Source: Toensbergia leucococca (taxonomy: Eukaryota). Taken from it: 64,000 nt of DNA. Of the stretch, positions 36,935-48,785 are shown in pieces. The notes under the pieces are model-generated. The model saw only the letters and a list, made by a program, of their open reading frames with translations. It was not told the origin of the DNA and did no database searches. The position numbers were made by a program, and so were the translations under genes. The stretch covers positions 62,001 to 126,000 of the forward strand of contig JALDZS010000044.1 in assembly GCA_022813965.1 (NCBI GenBank). The letters are read 5' to 3'. How positions within the stretch are numbered: position 1 is the first letter of the stretch; each line of letters begins with the position of its first letter.

Positions 36935-39900
36935 TCATTCATCGTCTTCTTCCTCATCCTCGTCCTCATCCATGCCCTCTGCAGCCGTCACCGTAAATGA
37001 AGGATCTTGATCCACACCGACGTAGCTATCGCTCATCAAATAAAGCGTCAAATCATGTACTCCGGGGGTAGGAACCACATATTCCAGCCGCATCTCCAAC
37101 TTCCTCCCAATGGTAACCCTCTTGATAGCCAGCAAGCTCTTCGTCTTTTCCTCGCCGACCACTAGCCACCAATTCTCCATTTTCTTCGCCGGGTAAAAAG
37201 GCGCGTGCACGGTCGTGTCTGGTTCCTTTTCTTCGTCGTCGTCGTCGTCGAGTTCGCGCTCGATTTTTATTTTGATGTGCGCAGGAGCGTTTGCGGTGAT
37301 GGATTCGGGAGCTTCGAGTACGAATTCGAGGTCGATGTTTGGATATTTTGAGTTTGCGAATGTGGCGGCTTGGGCGAGTTGTGGTTTGGAGAGGGCAAGG
37401 GAGGTGAGGAGTGAGGCGTAATTTTTGTTTTCCGAGGGGTCCATTGCTTCCATTAGTTCGATGATGTCTTTGACACTGTGCGGGGTGCCGTTAGTGAATT
37501 TCATGTTAGGGGAGAGGAATTTGTCAAAGACATACCCTGAACTATTGGCGGCTTTGATGACTTCTGGAGAAAAGTGAGGGATTTGCTTGAGAGGACTGTC
37601 ACGATCCCACATTGCCTGCACTACCATTTGTGACATTTCCATGGCGCTCATTGCGTTGATATGACCATCCGAGGAAAGAACGTCGACGCAGCCACTCAAT
37701 AGGTTGAGTACCTTGGAAAGGATAATTTCTTGATCCTTTGCGAGATCGGCTGGCAACTGCATTCTTGAAAAATGTGCTTGAAGTAAGATAAAGGCCTTGA
37801 AATGAGGAGACTCGTATGCATGCTGAGCCATTTTGACAGGTACTCGATCGTAGATGCGTCGCAAGATGCTGTCTTCATGACGTCGGATCTGGATTGATTC
37901 GAACTCAGTAGCAGAGGTAACAATTTCCAAGATGCCTTTGAGCTTTGTCCTGCCTGTCAACGATAGCAAAAAGGTTTGCATTGTGATGAATGAGATGTTG
38001 TAGTATGCCGCGATCATGGCCGCATTCAGGGGAGTAATTGTATCGTCCTCCTCGTCGAGTTCAATAATCTTGGCTTCTGCTAGATCTTTGAGAGTATTCT
38101 CGACGAGCTCGGAAAGATGAGTACTGAGGCCTTCATGTGAAGTGTCCGTCAGCCCATAGTAGCTTGGATTGGCAAGTAATCGTCGATAGAAGTATGTGTA
38201 TGTAGCCCAATCAACGGCATCTTGGGTAGAGGCGATGATCTTGGTGCTTATTTCAGACACGAATGCATCGTGAAGATAGACCTGGAGTTGACTTTCAATC
38301 GGCAGGGCTTCGTTCAAGAACTTCTTGTAATAGTCACGCTTCACAGCGGGAACCATGAGTACGCCTTTGCTCGACTTGTCTTCCAGCGGTCTGCTAGCCT
38401 GCCCAAACATTTGAAGAACTTCACTAATCGGATAATCGATATATCGATGTTCTCGTCCTTCGAAAAACTGGGTACCCATGACGATGACTAAATGAGCAGT
38501 GCAGTCCAATTCCCAGCACACATCTCGGGAAGCGATCATGATCTGGATAGCTCCAACAGAGTAAAGGTGAGACACGATGCGTTTATCACTGCTGCTTAGA
38601 GCTTCGTGAAAGTAGCCAATGCCATGAGAGATTGAATCAGCTAGAGCGGGCTCATTAATACGATTCAAGAGAGGAGCAATCTCGTCAATACTGGCATGCA
38701 AGAATCGATCCCCATCATCGTCGGCTACGCATGCTGCGAGCAGGTCGAGAGCAGTGGCGCGACTCTGTTTGCGACTCGGAACAAATATCAACGCTGGCTT
38801 GTCTGGAGACATTTGCAGTATCGAGGCGTACGTTGGCTTTGCCATTGCGAGCATGAGCGAAGGGAAATGGGGGATGGTGAAGGATTGAATGTGCAATTCG
38901 AGTGGCACAGGACGAACATGAGGACTGAAGTTATAGATGTTATGTTTGGTAGCACCAACCCACTCACCAATGTCTCTTGCATTTGCGAGTGAAACACTCA
39001 ATCCCACAAGTCTCATGTTGTTCTCCATTTGCAAGGCGATGTAATGCATTCGCGACACGATGATTTCGTAGATGAAACCTCCCTGTCCGCCAAGCATATG
39101 GACCTCATCCGCAATAAAGAGTTGTACGGTTTGTACATTCTTTCGCCGTTGCCACTGACGAGAAAGAACGTCCCATTGTGTTGGAGTAGCCAAGATCAGG
39201 TCGCCTCTCTCTAGGATCTTCAAGTCTGCCGTCGTCTCGCCCGTGAGCTTGACAATCTGCTTGCCTCCAGCCAACTTGCCAAGTCTGCCCTGCCAATCGG
39301 CAAGTCTCTGGTCAACGAGTTCTTGGAAAGGAGCGATGTATATGGCACGGCCTTTGGATTGCGAAGACCAGTGTCTCAAAAGAGCAAACTCAGCGCAGAC
39401 AGTCTTACCACTTCCCGTGGGCGCACCAATGAAAACATTATCATTTGTAGCAAACAGCGAATTGAAAGCTTGAGTCTGTACCTTGTTGAATCTTTGCCAT
39501 GCAGGGTATAGGTCTTGGAACTCTTGTCTCTTGAGCGCCGACACGGGCAATGATTGCAGGTCTAGAAGTGGCGTGTGGGCTGGGAACTTCTCTGGAAGGA
39601 CTAGCTTCTGAAAAGAGACGGCGAGTTTGGTCTCGGAATGCATCCAACGATCAGACAAGAGTGTGATGAAGTAGTTTGGCGGCATTGGTTCAGTGATTGG
39701 GACGGTAAACTCAACCAAATGTTCATTTGTCTCTGACTGAGCATAGTCGCGTCGTAGCAGGAATTGATCGTGGAACAGTATATCCTCACCGTCACAATCT
39801 TCGACTATAATCCAGAAACTCTCTGCTGTACCGTGCAGAGCGTCATCCCACTCGAAATTGGGCGTGATGGTAAGCTCGACTCGCAGCATAGACCTCGTCA

Positions 39901-42900
39901 TCGGTTGTACTTGAGCCTGGACTTCCAGTCTTGGGAATTTCTGGACTAAGCTGCATACCGTCTTGCCTGCCTTGGGCATGCTTAGAAGCTCTCCCATACG
40001 GGGAGGATCGAGGTCGAAATAGCTTGACCAGGGAACGTCAATTCTCTCGGCTTTCTGAATGATATCCTTGGGACATTGCGGGAATTGTCGTAGTGGTGTC
40101 ATCGTTGGCCACATTCGCTTTTCAGCCATCTTGCATAGATCTAGTGCAGTTTTGGCAACAGACGACCAACCTTTCTTCAATGATATCTCAAAGATGGCTC
40201 GTAAGATGCGACCAGCAGACTGAGTCACATAGACCAGATCAGCCATCAGGGCCAGACCCTCCAGCTTCAGTCGTGATATGTACGCCTGCAAAAGAACATT
40301 GATCTTCGCTTGAGGTTCCTCGATACTCTCCTTGACTGGGATTGGTACTCGCCCGAGAAGTTTGGCCAGCTCCAGCTTTTCGTCCTGCCTGACTGGAATG
40401 TACTTGAACTCATCACTAAGTGCAAACACCCGGAACAGCTCAATGGGCGTAATCATGGGCTGAATGTGATGGTTGTAGGTCAACATGGAGGAGTGAGTGA
40501 TGTAGTAATGTGAAGCAATGCGCCCAAGCTCGGTGGCTTGTAATTTCCCAGTCTTTTTGTCGTACTTGACCAGACTGGATTTCTCGAGCACCGTCGCAGC
40601 AGAGTGAACGAGATCTACACGCTTCTGCTCGAGTGCATCGTCATCTTCATATTCAGCCCCGACACTGTACAGCCCTGGGGACCGCAGCATTCGAACGAAG
40701 AGATAGGTGTAGCCTAGCCACTCAACAGCCTCATCACGACTCCTAACATTGCCAAGTACCACTTCGGCGTTGAGATTGTCGGCCAACTTGCTTATGAATT
40801 GACTTTCAATAGGTAATTGCTGGTTCATGAGTGACAAGTAATACTGCATCTCGGTCTGGGTCGTGATAATGATACCTTCACCGAATGTGTCGTACTGAGG
40901 CCGTCCTGCACGACCAAGCATTTGCAGAACGTCTTGAGGGCTCAGCTCCACCCAGCTACCTTTTTCAGGAGAGTAGATCTGAGTTCCTTTGATGATAACA
41001 GTATGGGCAGGCAAGTTTACCCCCCACGCTAACGTGGCCGTACAGACCAAGACTTGGAGCATCCCATCTGCGAAAAGGTCTTCCACAGAGCTTCGATCAG
41101 CACGGCTCATACCTGCATGATGTATTCCAAATCCATAAGGCATAAGGTCCTTCAAATCTCGGTCCGCAACCCCATCAGCTTCTTCTGTCAATACCTCACG
41201 GCTGGCTGCATCGCTTCGCAGTATTTGGCCTATTGTCTCCATTTCTAGAGCTTTATCCCGGATATATTTGGCTGTTTTTGCCGTTTCTTTTCTCGAATGT
41301 ACGAAAATCAACATCTGGTGCTTGCCAGTACCCACTTGTTCTAATACTTTAGTGTAGCACACGTCGTTCATCATCTTAAGCTGTTTAATTGCCTTCTTGT
41401 CTGTGACGCCAATGAATTCTTGACGAAGCGGACATGGCCTGTACGATCCGTCGAAATGGAAGAGACCACTGATCGGGTCAACATGCAAAAAGCTTGCAAC
41501 GTCTCTGTAGTTGGGCAGGGTAGCACTAAGGCCGACTAAGCGCACTGGGTCACCAGTCTGCTCAATTTTGCGAATCGTCCTACTGACAATACTTTCGAGT
41601 ACTGGGCCTCGGTCATCATGCAGTAGATGAATTTCGTCAATGATAATAAGTCTCACAAGATTGGTATAGCTCATATCCGTGGCTTTGCGTGTAATAACAT
41701 CCCATTTTTCAGGCGTTGTGACAATGATTTGCGTGTCAGCAATTTGTTGCTTCGTGAGTTGACGGTCACCAGTGAGCTCAGAGACTCTGATGCCGTAGGA
41801 TTCCAACCGTTTCCCGAAGTTCCCAACTTGTTCCTGAACTAATGCCTTCAATGGAGCAATGTAAACTATTTTAAAATCATCAAGCATAATCTCACCAGTC
41901 TCTGGATTGCGGTTTTTCCCAATTTCTCGGAGCATCGCGAGCATAGCAACATTGGTCTTTCCGGAGCCAGTGGGTGCACATATCAACATGTTGCCATCAT
42001 CATTGAAAGCCGTCGGGAAGCATTTTGTCTGGATGCGATTCAGCTCTTTCGAAGACCCAAATCCTTTGCGTGCCCACTCCGGTAATTCCGACGTTGACAT
42101 GTTGTTTCGTTCACTGGCGTCTTTATGTGGTTTGGGCGCTGGAACATGGATCTCTTCGTACCCTTTGAAAGTTCGTTTCGTTGAGCCGTTGGGAAGCTTG
42201 ACATTAGGATTTGTCATCAGATGATTTCCTTGGTCAAAGACAAGATTGTCCAAGTTTATCAATCGCTTAGGCTGAAGGCCTCCAACGAGTGCACCATCCT
42301 TGGCCATTCCACCTGCCTTGCCATTTGGCGCTGCTGTGGGCACATCGATGTCCATCAGGTCAAGCTTCAGCTTTTTGCTCGGTTTTGCAAAGCCTTCATC
42401 GTTTGTGTCATCTCGTCCGTTGAGTTCATCCAAGATTCGGCGATGACCATTCGAGACCATTTCGGCCTCAACGGTAGCTCTGAATTCTGGGTCTTCGGCC
42501 GCCCTTCGCCACCGGGTGACCCAAACAACCTTGTCTCGATTCATTATTAGCTTCTCTACTAATTCATGATGCTCATAATCAAATAATTCCATAAGATCAT
42601 TTTCAACTTCTCGAAGGGGTTTCTCCTCGCCCTCCTCAGACATTCCAGCAAGAATTACCAGACCTTCTTGAGTTTTGGATTGCTGCGTGTGTGCATCTTT
42701 ATAGATTGCACCGATCTGCCGCTGCAGCCAGTACGCATCTATATCGCGTACCGAAATGGCATTCTTTTCTGCTTTTCTGTCTTTCTTTGTCCTTGTACCA
42801 TTGGTGTCCCCATCGATAATCATCTCTTCTCCCTCGTCGCCGTCAGCATCTGCTACGTTTTCTCGCCCAGACGCTCCAACGGCAGCGGCGAGCTCTCCGG

Positions 42901-43705
42901 CTGTAGGCTGGTCTTCAGCATCTTCGACTTCCTCATCTGAAGAAGGCTCGTCTTCGTCTCTGACCTCGTACGTTCGAGCGACCCCTTCCTCGTCTTCATC
43001 GGATTCGTCGTCGAAGACAACAGCAACTCCCTGTTTCTCGTCTAGCTCAGCACCACCTTCCGCCCCTACATTGTCGTCGTCATTCATGTTCTCATCCTCG
43101 TCTTGTCCGTCATAATCCGTTATCTTTTTGCCAAGGTTAACCAACTCGTTGAATTCCTTCGATCCCATTGACATGCCTAATAAATCATCGATCTCCTTCT
43201 TTTTGTCAAAATCCTTCATGTTCTCATCCTTGAGAAGCTCAAGAATGGCGTCTGCAGCACTTCGTACGACCTCATGTGGGACATCGCCGAGGTTATTGGC
43301 TGTAGTGGTAAGTATTAAATCGTAGGTTTGCCGCGTGGCGGGCGTCCGGGGACGGTATCTTAAGCCTTCGACCTGAGCATCTGCTGCAGACAAGATACCA
43401 CTACCACGTAACTGTGTAGGCTCGCCGCGCTTCCTCTTCTTCTGTTCCCTCTCAAGCACATCCTCACCCTCCCGAATGCTTCCACGTTCAACATCTTTGG
43501 GGCCAGTAGCTTTCTTCTTCTGCTTTGGGGCATCTTCACGCGCATTTCTCGAACCCATGTCTCTGATATTGATGCGCCCTGCCAGAGACTCGGGATCACC
43601 AGTAACCTCGTCATTGCGTCGAGTACTAAAACGGCGATCATGTTGGAGGACCAAATTTGACATGGCAGAGTACTTGTACTGCGAGATGTTGTTAGGGTCC
43701 GCCAT
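36935..43705 (-). CDS. BRR2: U5 snRNP 200 kDa DExD/H-box helicase Brr2
   Basis: QYKYSAMSNLVLQ, two helicase cassettes (APTGSGKT..DEIH; APTGSGKT..DEVH) and Sec63 domains. One in-frame 60-nt intron at 37476-37535. Confidence 0.98.
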   Translation of the reverse strand: MADPNNISQYKYSAMSNLVLQHDRRFSTRRNDEVTGDPESLAGRINIRDMGSRNAREDAPKQKKKATGPKDVERGSIREGEDVLEREQKKRKRGEPTQLRGSGILSAADAQVEGLRYRPRTPATRQTYDLILTTTANNLGDVPHEVVRSAADAILELLKDENMKDFDKKKEIDDLLGMSMGSKEFNELVNLGKKITDYDGQDEDENMNDDDNVGAEGGAELDEKQGVAVVFDDESDEDEEGVARTYEVRDEDEPSSDEEVEDAEDQPTAGELAAAVGASGRENVADADGDEGEEMIIDGDTNGTRTKKDRKAEKNAISVRDIDAYWLQRQIGAIYKDAHTQQSKTQEGLVILAGMSEEGEEKPLREVENDLMELFDYEHHELVEKLIMNRDKVVWVTRWRRAAEDPEFRATVEAEMVSNGHRRILDELNGRDDTNDEGFAKPSKKLKLDLMDIDVPTAAPNGKAGGMAKDGALVGGLQPKRLINLDNLVFDQGNHLMTNPNVKLPNGSTKRTFKGYEEIHVPAPKPHKDASERNNMSTSELPEWARKGFGSSKELNRIQTKCFPTAFNDDGNMLICAPTGSGKTNVAMLAMLREIGKNRNPETGEIMLDDFKIVYIAPLKALVQEQVGNFGKRLESYGIRVSELTGDRQLTKQQIADTQIIVTTPEKWDVITRKATDMSYTNLVRLIIIDEIHLLHDDRGPVLESIVSRTIRKIEQTGDPVRLVGLSATLPNYRDVASFLHVDPISGLFHFDGSYRPCPLRQEFIGVTDKKAIKQLKMMNDVCYTKVLEQVGTGKHQMLIFVHSRKETAKTAKYIRDKALEMETIGQILRSDAASREVLTEEADGVADRDLKDLMPYGFGIHHAGMSRADRSSVEDLFADGMLQVLVCTATLAWGVNLPAHTVIIKGTQIYSPEKGSWVELSPQDVLQMLGRAGRPQYDTFGEGIIITTQTEMQYYLSLMNQQLPIESQFISKLADNLNAEVVLGNVRSRDEAVEWLGYTYLFVRMLRSPGLYSVGAEYEDDDALEQKRVDLVHSAATVLEKSSLVKYDKKTGKLQATELGRIASHYYITHSSMLTYNHHIQPMITPIELFRVFALSDEFKYIPVRQDEKLELAKLLGRVPIPVKESIEEPQAKINVLLQAYISRLKLEGLALMADLVYVTQSAGRILRAIFEISLKKGWSSVAKTALDLCKMAEKRMWPTMTPLRQFPQCPKDIIQKAERIDVPWSSYFDLDPPRMGELLSMPKAGKTVCSLVQKFPRLEVQAQVQPMTRSMLRVELTITPNFEWDDALHGTAESFWIIVEDCDGEDILFHDQFLLRRDYAQSETNEHLVEFTVPITEPMPPNYFITLLSDRWMHSETKLAVSFQKLVLPEKFPAHTPLLDLQSLPVSALKRQEFQDLYPAWQRFNKVQTQAFNSLFATNDNVFIGAPTGSGKTVCAEFALLRHWSSQSKGRAIYIAPFQELVDQRLADWQGRLGKLAGGKQIVKLTGETTADLKILERGDLILATPTQWDVLSRQWQRRKNVQTVQLFIADEVHMLGGQGGFIYEIIVSRMHYIALQMENNMRLVGLSVSLANARDIGEWVGATKHNIYNFSPHVRPVPLELHIQSFTIPHFPSLMLAMAKPTYASILQMSPDKPALIFVPSRKQSRATALDLLAACVADDDGDRFLHASIDEIAPLLNRINEPALADSISHGIGYFHEALSSSDKRIVSHLYSVGAIQIMIASRDVCWELDCTAHLVIVMGTQFFEGREHRYIDYPISEVLQMFGQASRPLEDKSSKGVLMVPAVKRDYYKKFLNEALPIESQLQVYLHDAFVSEISTKIIASTQDAVDWATYTYFYRRLLANPSYYGLTDTSHEGLSTHLSELVENTLKDLAEAKIIELDEEDDTITPLNAAMIAAYYNISFITMQTFLLSLTGRTKLKGILEIVTSATEFESIQIRRHEDSILRRIYDRVPVKMAQHAYESPHFKAFILLQAHFSRMQLPADLAKDQEIILSKVLNLLSGCVDVLSSDGHINAMSAMEMSQMVVQAMWDRDSPLKQIPHFSPEVIKAANSSGYVFDKFLSPNMKFTNGTPHSVKDIIELMEAMDPSENKNYASLLTSLALSKPQLAQAATFANSKYPNIDLEFVLEAPESITANAPAHIKIKIERELDDDDDEEKEPDTTVHAPFYPAKKMENWWLVVGEEKTKSLLAIKRVTIGRKLEMRLEYVVPTPGVHDLTLYLMSDSYVGVDQDPSFTVTAAEGMDEDEDEEEDDE

Positions 43706-44289
43706 ATTGAGTGCTTCGAGTCTAGCAGATGCGACTATTGCGCAGAGCTGGTTCGAGATTATTTGAGACCTTAGACTAGTTACGATCAGCTCCCAGAGTC
43801 AGTGGTGGCTTAAAAAGTTGATGTTAACAAGCGAATTAGCCTGGATAGACGCGGGACTATTTAGCGCGATTAGCCTGTGCAGCCCTACGAGGCTCGATTT
43901 GGTATAAAGCATCAATATAGAAAGACAAATTGAGCATGCCACCAATCACTAGTCAAGAGCCACGTGAAAAAGGTCCAGAAGAAGTAATGGCAGTCTCACC
44001 TGAATGAGACCCTACAGATCTGCTATGTACAGGTATTCCGTGCACCATCATTTCATTTGGTTGCTCAATAAAATCTGTACAAAGACGCGGATTTGATACC
44101 CACAGCAATACGGAAGCTTCACACTCATCCCTCTATGCAGTTTCAAGCTCTTACCATTGTCTTCCTTCAAAACTTCAAATAGAATTTACATAATCCCAGC
44201 CCTATAGTCAATTGTATGCCATAGGCCTCTCAAAGTTCAAACAAATCCAGCTTCTCCTACGTTTCGTACAGCATATAAATACAGGCATC

Positions 44290-45939
44290 ATGTATAATGC
44301 AGCACAAGATCAAACTTTTCCATTACCTCAGGTCGTACAGGCCTTGACGCCGTTCATTAAAACACGTCAAGAAACTTTACATATTAGAAGAGTATTGACG
44401 ATATTTCTATCATCGCAAATCCACGGCTTAGAAAGTAGCGGTATACTCGCACCTACATTTTTGGCTACTCCAAGCAGAGATTTTCAGACGAACAGACAAA
44501 TACCTCCAGAGCTAACGGGAATCCGACGAGACTATCTAGTCGCATTACAAGCTCACATCAAAGCAAGAGACGAATTTGACCGGCTTGGTCTTCAAGACTC
44601 CGACGAGATCACTAGCAACGCTGCACGCCAAAGACAGGACGAGAGAGAGGAGGAAAGCCGCGAATTCCTAGCCGTCAATTTAGCCCTTCAGCAAGAACGC
44701 CAGAAATATGAAAAACTGCGGATTTTGCGGGACTATTTGGACTTGCTTGCTAAAAAGGAAGCCGCCATGCCAGACTACTTGAACATGGACAGCATCTTAA
44801 AGGATCTGCCTAACGTGCCCGAGATGCCTATGGCAATTTCAGAACTACCCGCTTTGTTTGCTCAGTCGGAGAGTAACAGTCAAGCATTGACTGCGCAATT
44901 GGAGAAAGCTGTCTTGCGGGCAAAGCATGCCTTGGATAAGGAAAAGAGATTACTGACCAAGGTCAAGGAATATAAAGAGCTCGATGCCTCGATCGGTCCC
45001 AGCCAACAGAAAAGAACATCCGCTCTGAGCCAAACCCGAGACGAGCTCATCAAATGGATCGAGTATCATCTTGTAAAAAGTAACGAGTCGAACAACACTC
45101 CAGAAGACAAGCCGCAACCGGATCAGCAAGCCACATCTGCCAAGATCGAACAACGCAAGAAAGACATCAAAGACCGTTACGAAGAATACCTCACCGTGCG
45201 TAAATCACTCATAGAAGCCGTATCCAACAGTCAAACCCCTCCGTCCAATGCGACAATGCCAGCCTTTGAAACACCAGAGCCACCACAACAACCACAAAAG
45301 CCACCACCAACAACCTCCCACCCCACCTCAGCCCTAACCACCCTCCCCTACCTAACAACCCACCTCCTCCCCGCCTCCGCCGCCCAAAAAGCCTACCTCC
45401 ATCAATCCTCCCACCTCACCACCACCCTCTCAACCCAAACCAGTGCTCTAAACCAAGTCCTCGAAAAGCTCTCCGACGAAAGCCACCTGCTCCCAGCCTA
45501 CCCCCTCCTCGCCTCCCAGCCCCGTTTCAAAAACGCAGTCGCAGCCCTCGGCCCCCCGAAACTCCTGCCCTCTCCTCCTTTCGGCGAGAAGCCGGCTGTT
45601 GAGCCGGAGTCGTACGCCGTCAAGCAAGCCCGAGCGTGGGCGTTTGCGGCCGAGGAGGCGAGGTCGACGGCGCTGGAGGCGGGACAGAAGCGGATGGAGG
45701 CTGGGAGGAAGAGTGTAGAAAGTGCCAAGGGGCTCCTGGAAGAGGTGCGGGAGTTATTTGGGGTTGTGGATGGGAATGAAGATGATGAAGGGGATTACGA
45801 TCTTTGGGCAGATAGTGCCAGAAGCAACGCCAAGACAGAAGCTCCAAAGCCAGATCTTGACACTCGGAAGGGGAGCGGTTGGGCCAGCATTGACGGCAGA
45901 GTCGGAGTCGGGGGCGATGGGGCAGATGATGTACCATAA
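44290..45939 (+). CDS. Fungal hypothetical coiled-coil protein
   Basis: Long ORF (ATG 44290) with LTPFIKTRQET, LEKAVLRAK and KLSDESHLLPAYP; helical/coiled-coil composition. Confidence 0.75.
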   Translation: MYNAAQDQTFPLPQVVQALTPFIKTRQETLHIRRVLTIFLSSQIHGLESSGILAPTFLATPSRDFQTNRQIPPELTGIRRDYLVALQAHIKARDEFDRLGLQDSDEITSNAARQRQDEREEESREFLAVNLALQQERQKYEKLRILRDYLDLLAKKEAAMPDYLNMDSILKDLPNVPEMPMAISELPALFAQSESNSQALTAQLEKAVLRAKHALDKEKRLLTKVKEYKELDASIGPSQQKRTSALSQTRDELIKWIEYHLVKSNESNNTPEDKPQPDQQATSAKIEQRKKDIKDRYEEYLTVRKSLIEAVSNSQTPPSNATMPAFETPEPPQQPQKPPPTTSHPTSALTTLPYLTTHLLPASAAQKAYLHQSSHLTTTLSTQTSALNQVLEKLSDESHLLPAYPLLASQPRFKNAVAALGPPKLLPSPPFGEKPAVEPESYAVKQARAWAFAAEEARSTALEAGQKRMEAGRKSVESAKGLLEEVRELFGVVDGNEDDEGDYDLWADSARSNAKTEAPKPDLDTRKGSGWASIDGRVGVGGDGADDVP

Positions 45940-46044
45940 TACCCAAATTGACAATCAAGCCCCCCTGCTCGTAGAACAAATAGACCAAGTCGAAAAGGGG
46001 ATATCACCAATTCAACAATCATACCTCCCATGAACCCACCACCC

Positions 46045-47086
46045 CTAATCATGATCATCCTCCCCAACGCCCGGACAACCCTCCATGTCCTCCCCCTCAT
46101 ACCTACACTTACACCAAAAGCAATAAGACCACCTCTCTCTCAACTCCCCCACCAACAACCTCAACCGCTCCTTCCCCTCCAAGGCCTCAAAAGCATCCAA
46201 TTCGGCATCCTCCTCCTCAACCTCCTCCTCTACCTCCCCCCAAGCCTGCCGATCCTGACTCTCCTCTTCCGCATCGACGTAGGCTGCATTGCGCGAGAGC
46301 GACTGCTGTAAATCATGACGCATGCGACGATCTCGTTCTTTGGCTTCGCGGCCGCGGACGAGACCGCGCCAGAGGACGTTGACTTTATGCGTTGGTGTGA
46401 TTTTACTCCTGAAGCCACCCTCTTTCTCCGCACTCGCAGTCTGCAGTCCAGCCTCCTCCTCCTCTTCCTCCTCAGCCATCCTTTCGGCAACCCTCATCGC
46501 GCCCGCAACCAAAGCCTCCACCCTCCCCTCCTCCCTCTCCCTCCCAACCCTCTCCCTGAAACCGCCCTCATCAATTTCAACCCTTGCCCTCTTCCCGTCC
46601 CCATCTCTTTCCACCAAACTCTCCTCCTCCTCCTCTTCCTCGACCTTCCTCTTCATGCCCACACCCCCCCTCCCCTCCTTTATCACAACTCCAATCGGCT
46701 CCGTCCTCGCCTCTGCATTCCCGCCCCTTCCCAGCGCCTCCCCAGGCTTGAACCCCAGCTTCGCCATCATGCGCAAGCCCTTTGAGTCTGCGGTGAGCAG
46801 CGAGGTAGTGAGAGCGGCATCGCGGGCTGCGGCTGCGGCGGTGGCGAGTTCGGCTTTGGACTTGGGACGGCCTTTGATTTCGGCCTGGAGGAGGGATTGT
46901 TAGTACGGGTGTGGGATGTTGTTTTGTGGTGTGTAGGCTTTTAGATGAGGAGGGACTTGCTTCGCGTTGCTTCCGGAGGCGGCGCTGGGTGTAGGTTTCT
47001 TTTTGCGGAGGGTGGGTGGGTTCGGTGATTGTCATGGACATGTAGTCGTCTAGGTCTTCTTCTGGAGGCAGTGTGGATTCGGCCAT
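46045..47086 (-). CDS. G-patch domain protein (GPATCH11-like, C-terminal DUF4187-type Cys motif)
   Basis: EDLDDYMSM start, KGLRMMAKLGFKPGEALG G-patch with GRGGVG, YCFWCKCRY...CPG..EDDHD C-terminus. One intron at ~46886-46960. Confidence 0.9.
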
Positions 47087-48785
47087 GGTCGTGTGTTTTA
47101 GTGGTGAAGGTAGGATTAGAACTGTGGGTTCAAGGGTGGGTCGGTCATGCTGATTGTGAATGTTCAAGGTGAGAGATTGTAGTCGTAAAGTGAGAGATCT
47201 TGGGAAGAGAATGTAGGTCTAATGGCGAGCATTTTGGAAAATGATATTATAATTCTAGAGATAGTGCAAGAATGTCAGAATTACGGATCAATATCCTGGG
47301 TAGGTATTTAGCAACTCTGCCATTACAATTATCCGTGTTCTCCTGTGTACCTTAATGGGTTGGAACATAGCTCGCATAGGTAGGTAGGTACTACCTTCAT
47401 GGCGCCATTAGACGACAAAAATGTACCCCACGTGCCCACCACCCCGCGCTCAGGCCGGGCTCAGGCCGGGCTCAGGCGGCTGTTGCCGCTTTACTTAGCG
47501 CGGACGTGAGCAGGGGTGATATCCCACCAATATCAGGGTGATCCATATCTAGCTCCGACGATTCTGCATTTCTTGCCTGTCCGTCTTCCCAAGGCCTGCC
47601 AAAAATGACGGAGAGATCGCATATGCAAGGAACCTCGACCTGCGTGGAAGGGAATTCATACAAGTGGTGTTGCATCCTTGAAGTCATCTGGAGTAAGGAT
47701 GTAATTGTGGTCAGGTACGCCTTGACCCATCAACTCCTCATTCTCCACGGGCAACACCTGCATGCAGGCGGGATAGGAGTTGGAAGGATCAGTCATTTTT
47801 CCGTCAGAAGAGTGTACAACGTTTGCGAAATTGGCTGAAGACTCAGGACCAGGAATGCACGACCATTCGGGTGCAGACATGGTCAAATTATGTTGACGGA
47901 GTTTGACTGTCGAGATCCGATTGTTCAAGAATAAAAACGATAGAGTAATTCCTTAAAAAGATATCAGGTTTCTTCAATACTTTTGATAGTTATTTCAGAG
48001 TTTTTACAATTGCAAAATACTCAAAGGCCTCTAATACAAAGAAGTCTTAGCCACGGCTATATTCTCCACTTATGCCGCTGTAAGTGGACGCAATTGGGAG
48101 AGAATGCGCCATTTACAGATCCTAGGAATAACACTTTAGAAGGATTTCTCAGCTAGGACGTGGCAAGCCACTGGACTGTCCTGCCTCATTGGTCATTGGA
48201 CCCTAGATAGACTGGGCTGCATTTGGCAGTCTAAATCAGCCCCATGTTGACGATATCACCGTGCTCGGCTAGGCTGTCCTTGGCTACAGTTTCAATGTTG
48301 CATTCGATTGCGTTAGCAACATGGACTCAGCTGGGTATCATTTACGCCACCTCATTGCGTTCCGTTAATACTGCTCAGATGTTCGATGTCGCAACGCAAG
48401 CTCAGCTAAATGCCGCTCAAGCCTCAGTTCTGGGCAGATAAAACCTGCTTCTGGACCACCGTCGTTAGGATCTTATAGCATGGTGGCGCGATTGCTAGCG
48501 GGATACTGAACGCTTCGACAATAGAGCTCGAAAAGAACTCGATATGCTCGTGACATTGACCAGCCCAGACCAGCTTGAAGCGCAAGACTTGGCGGTCAGA
48601 CTTCAAACACGAGCATCAGGCCATCAGCTATAGTCCATCTGCCATCACTCCAGGATTATGAATCGGCATATCATAGGAATGTGCTCATACACGATTTGTA
48701 CAAAAAAATGGTTGCGGCACCGTTGACTACCAAAGCAACATCTCAATCTGTAGTGTTCGGGCGAGCCTCCATCCTGAGATCAAAA

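Noticed and set aside
35724..36938. Pro/Gly/Phe-rich ORFs (35741-36301, 36345-36938 etc.)
   Set aside because: They are translations of homopolymer runs, not credible proteins.
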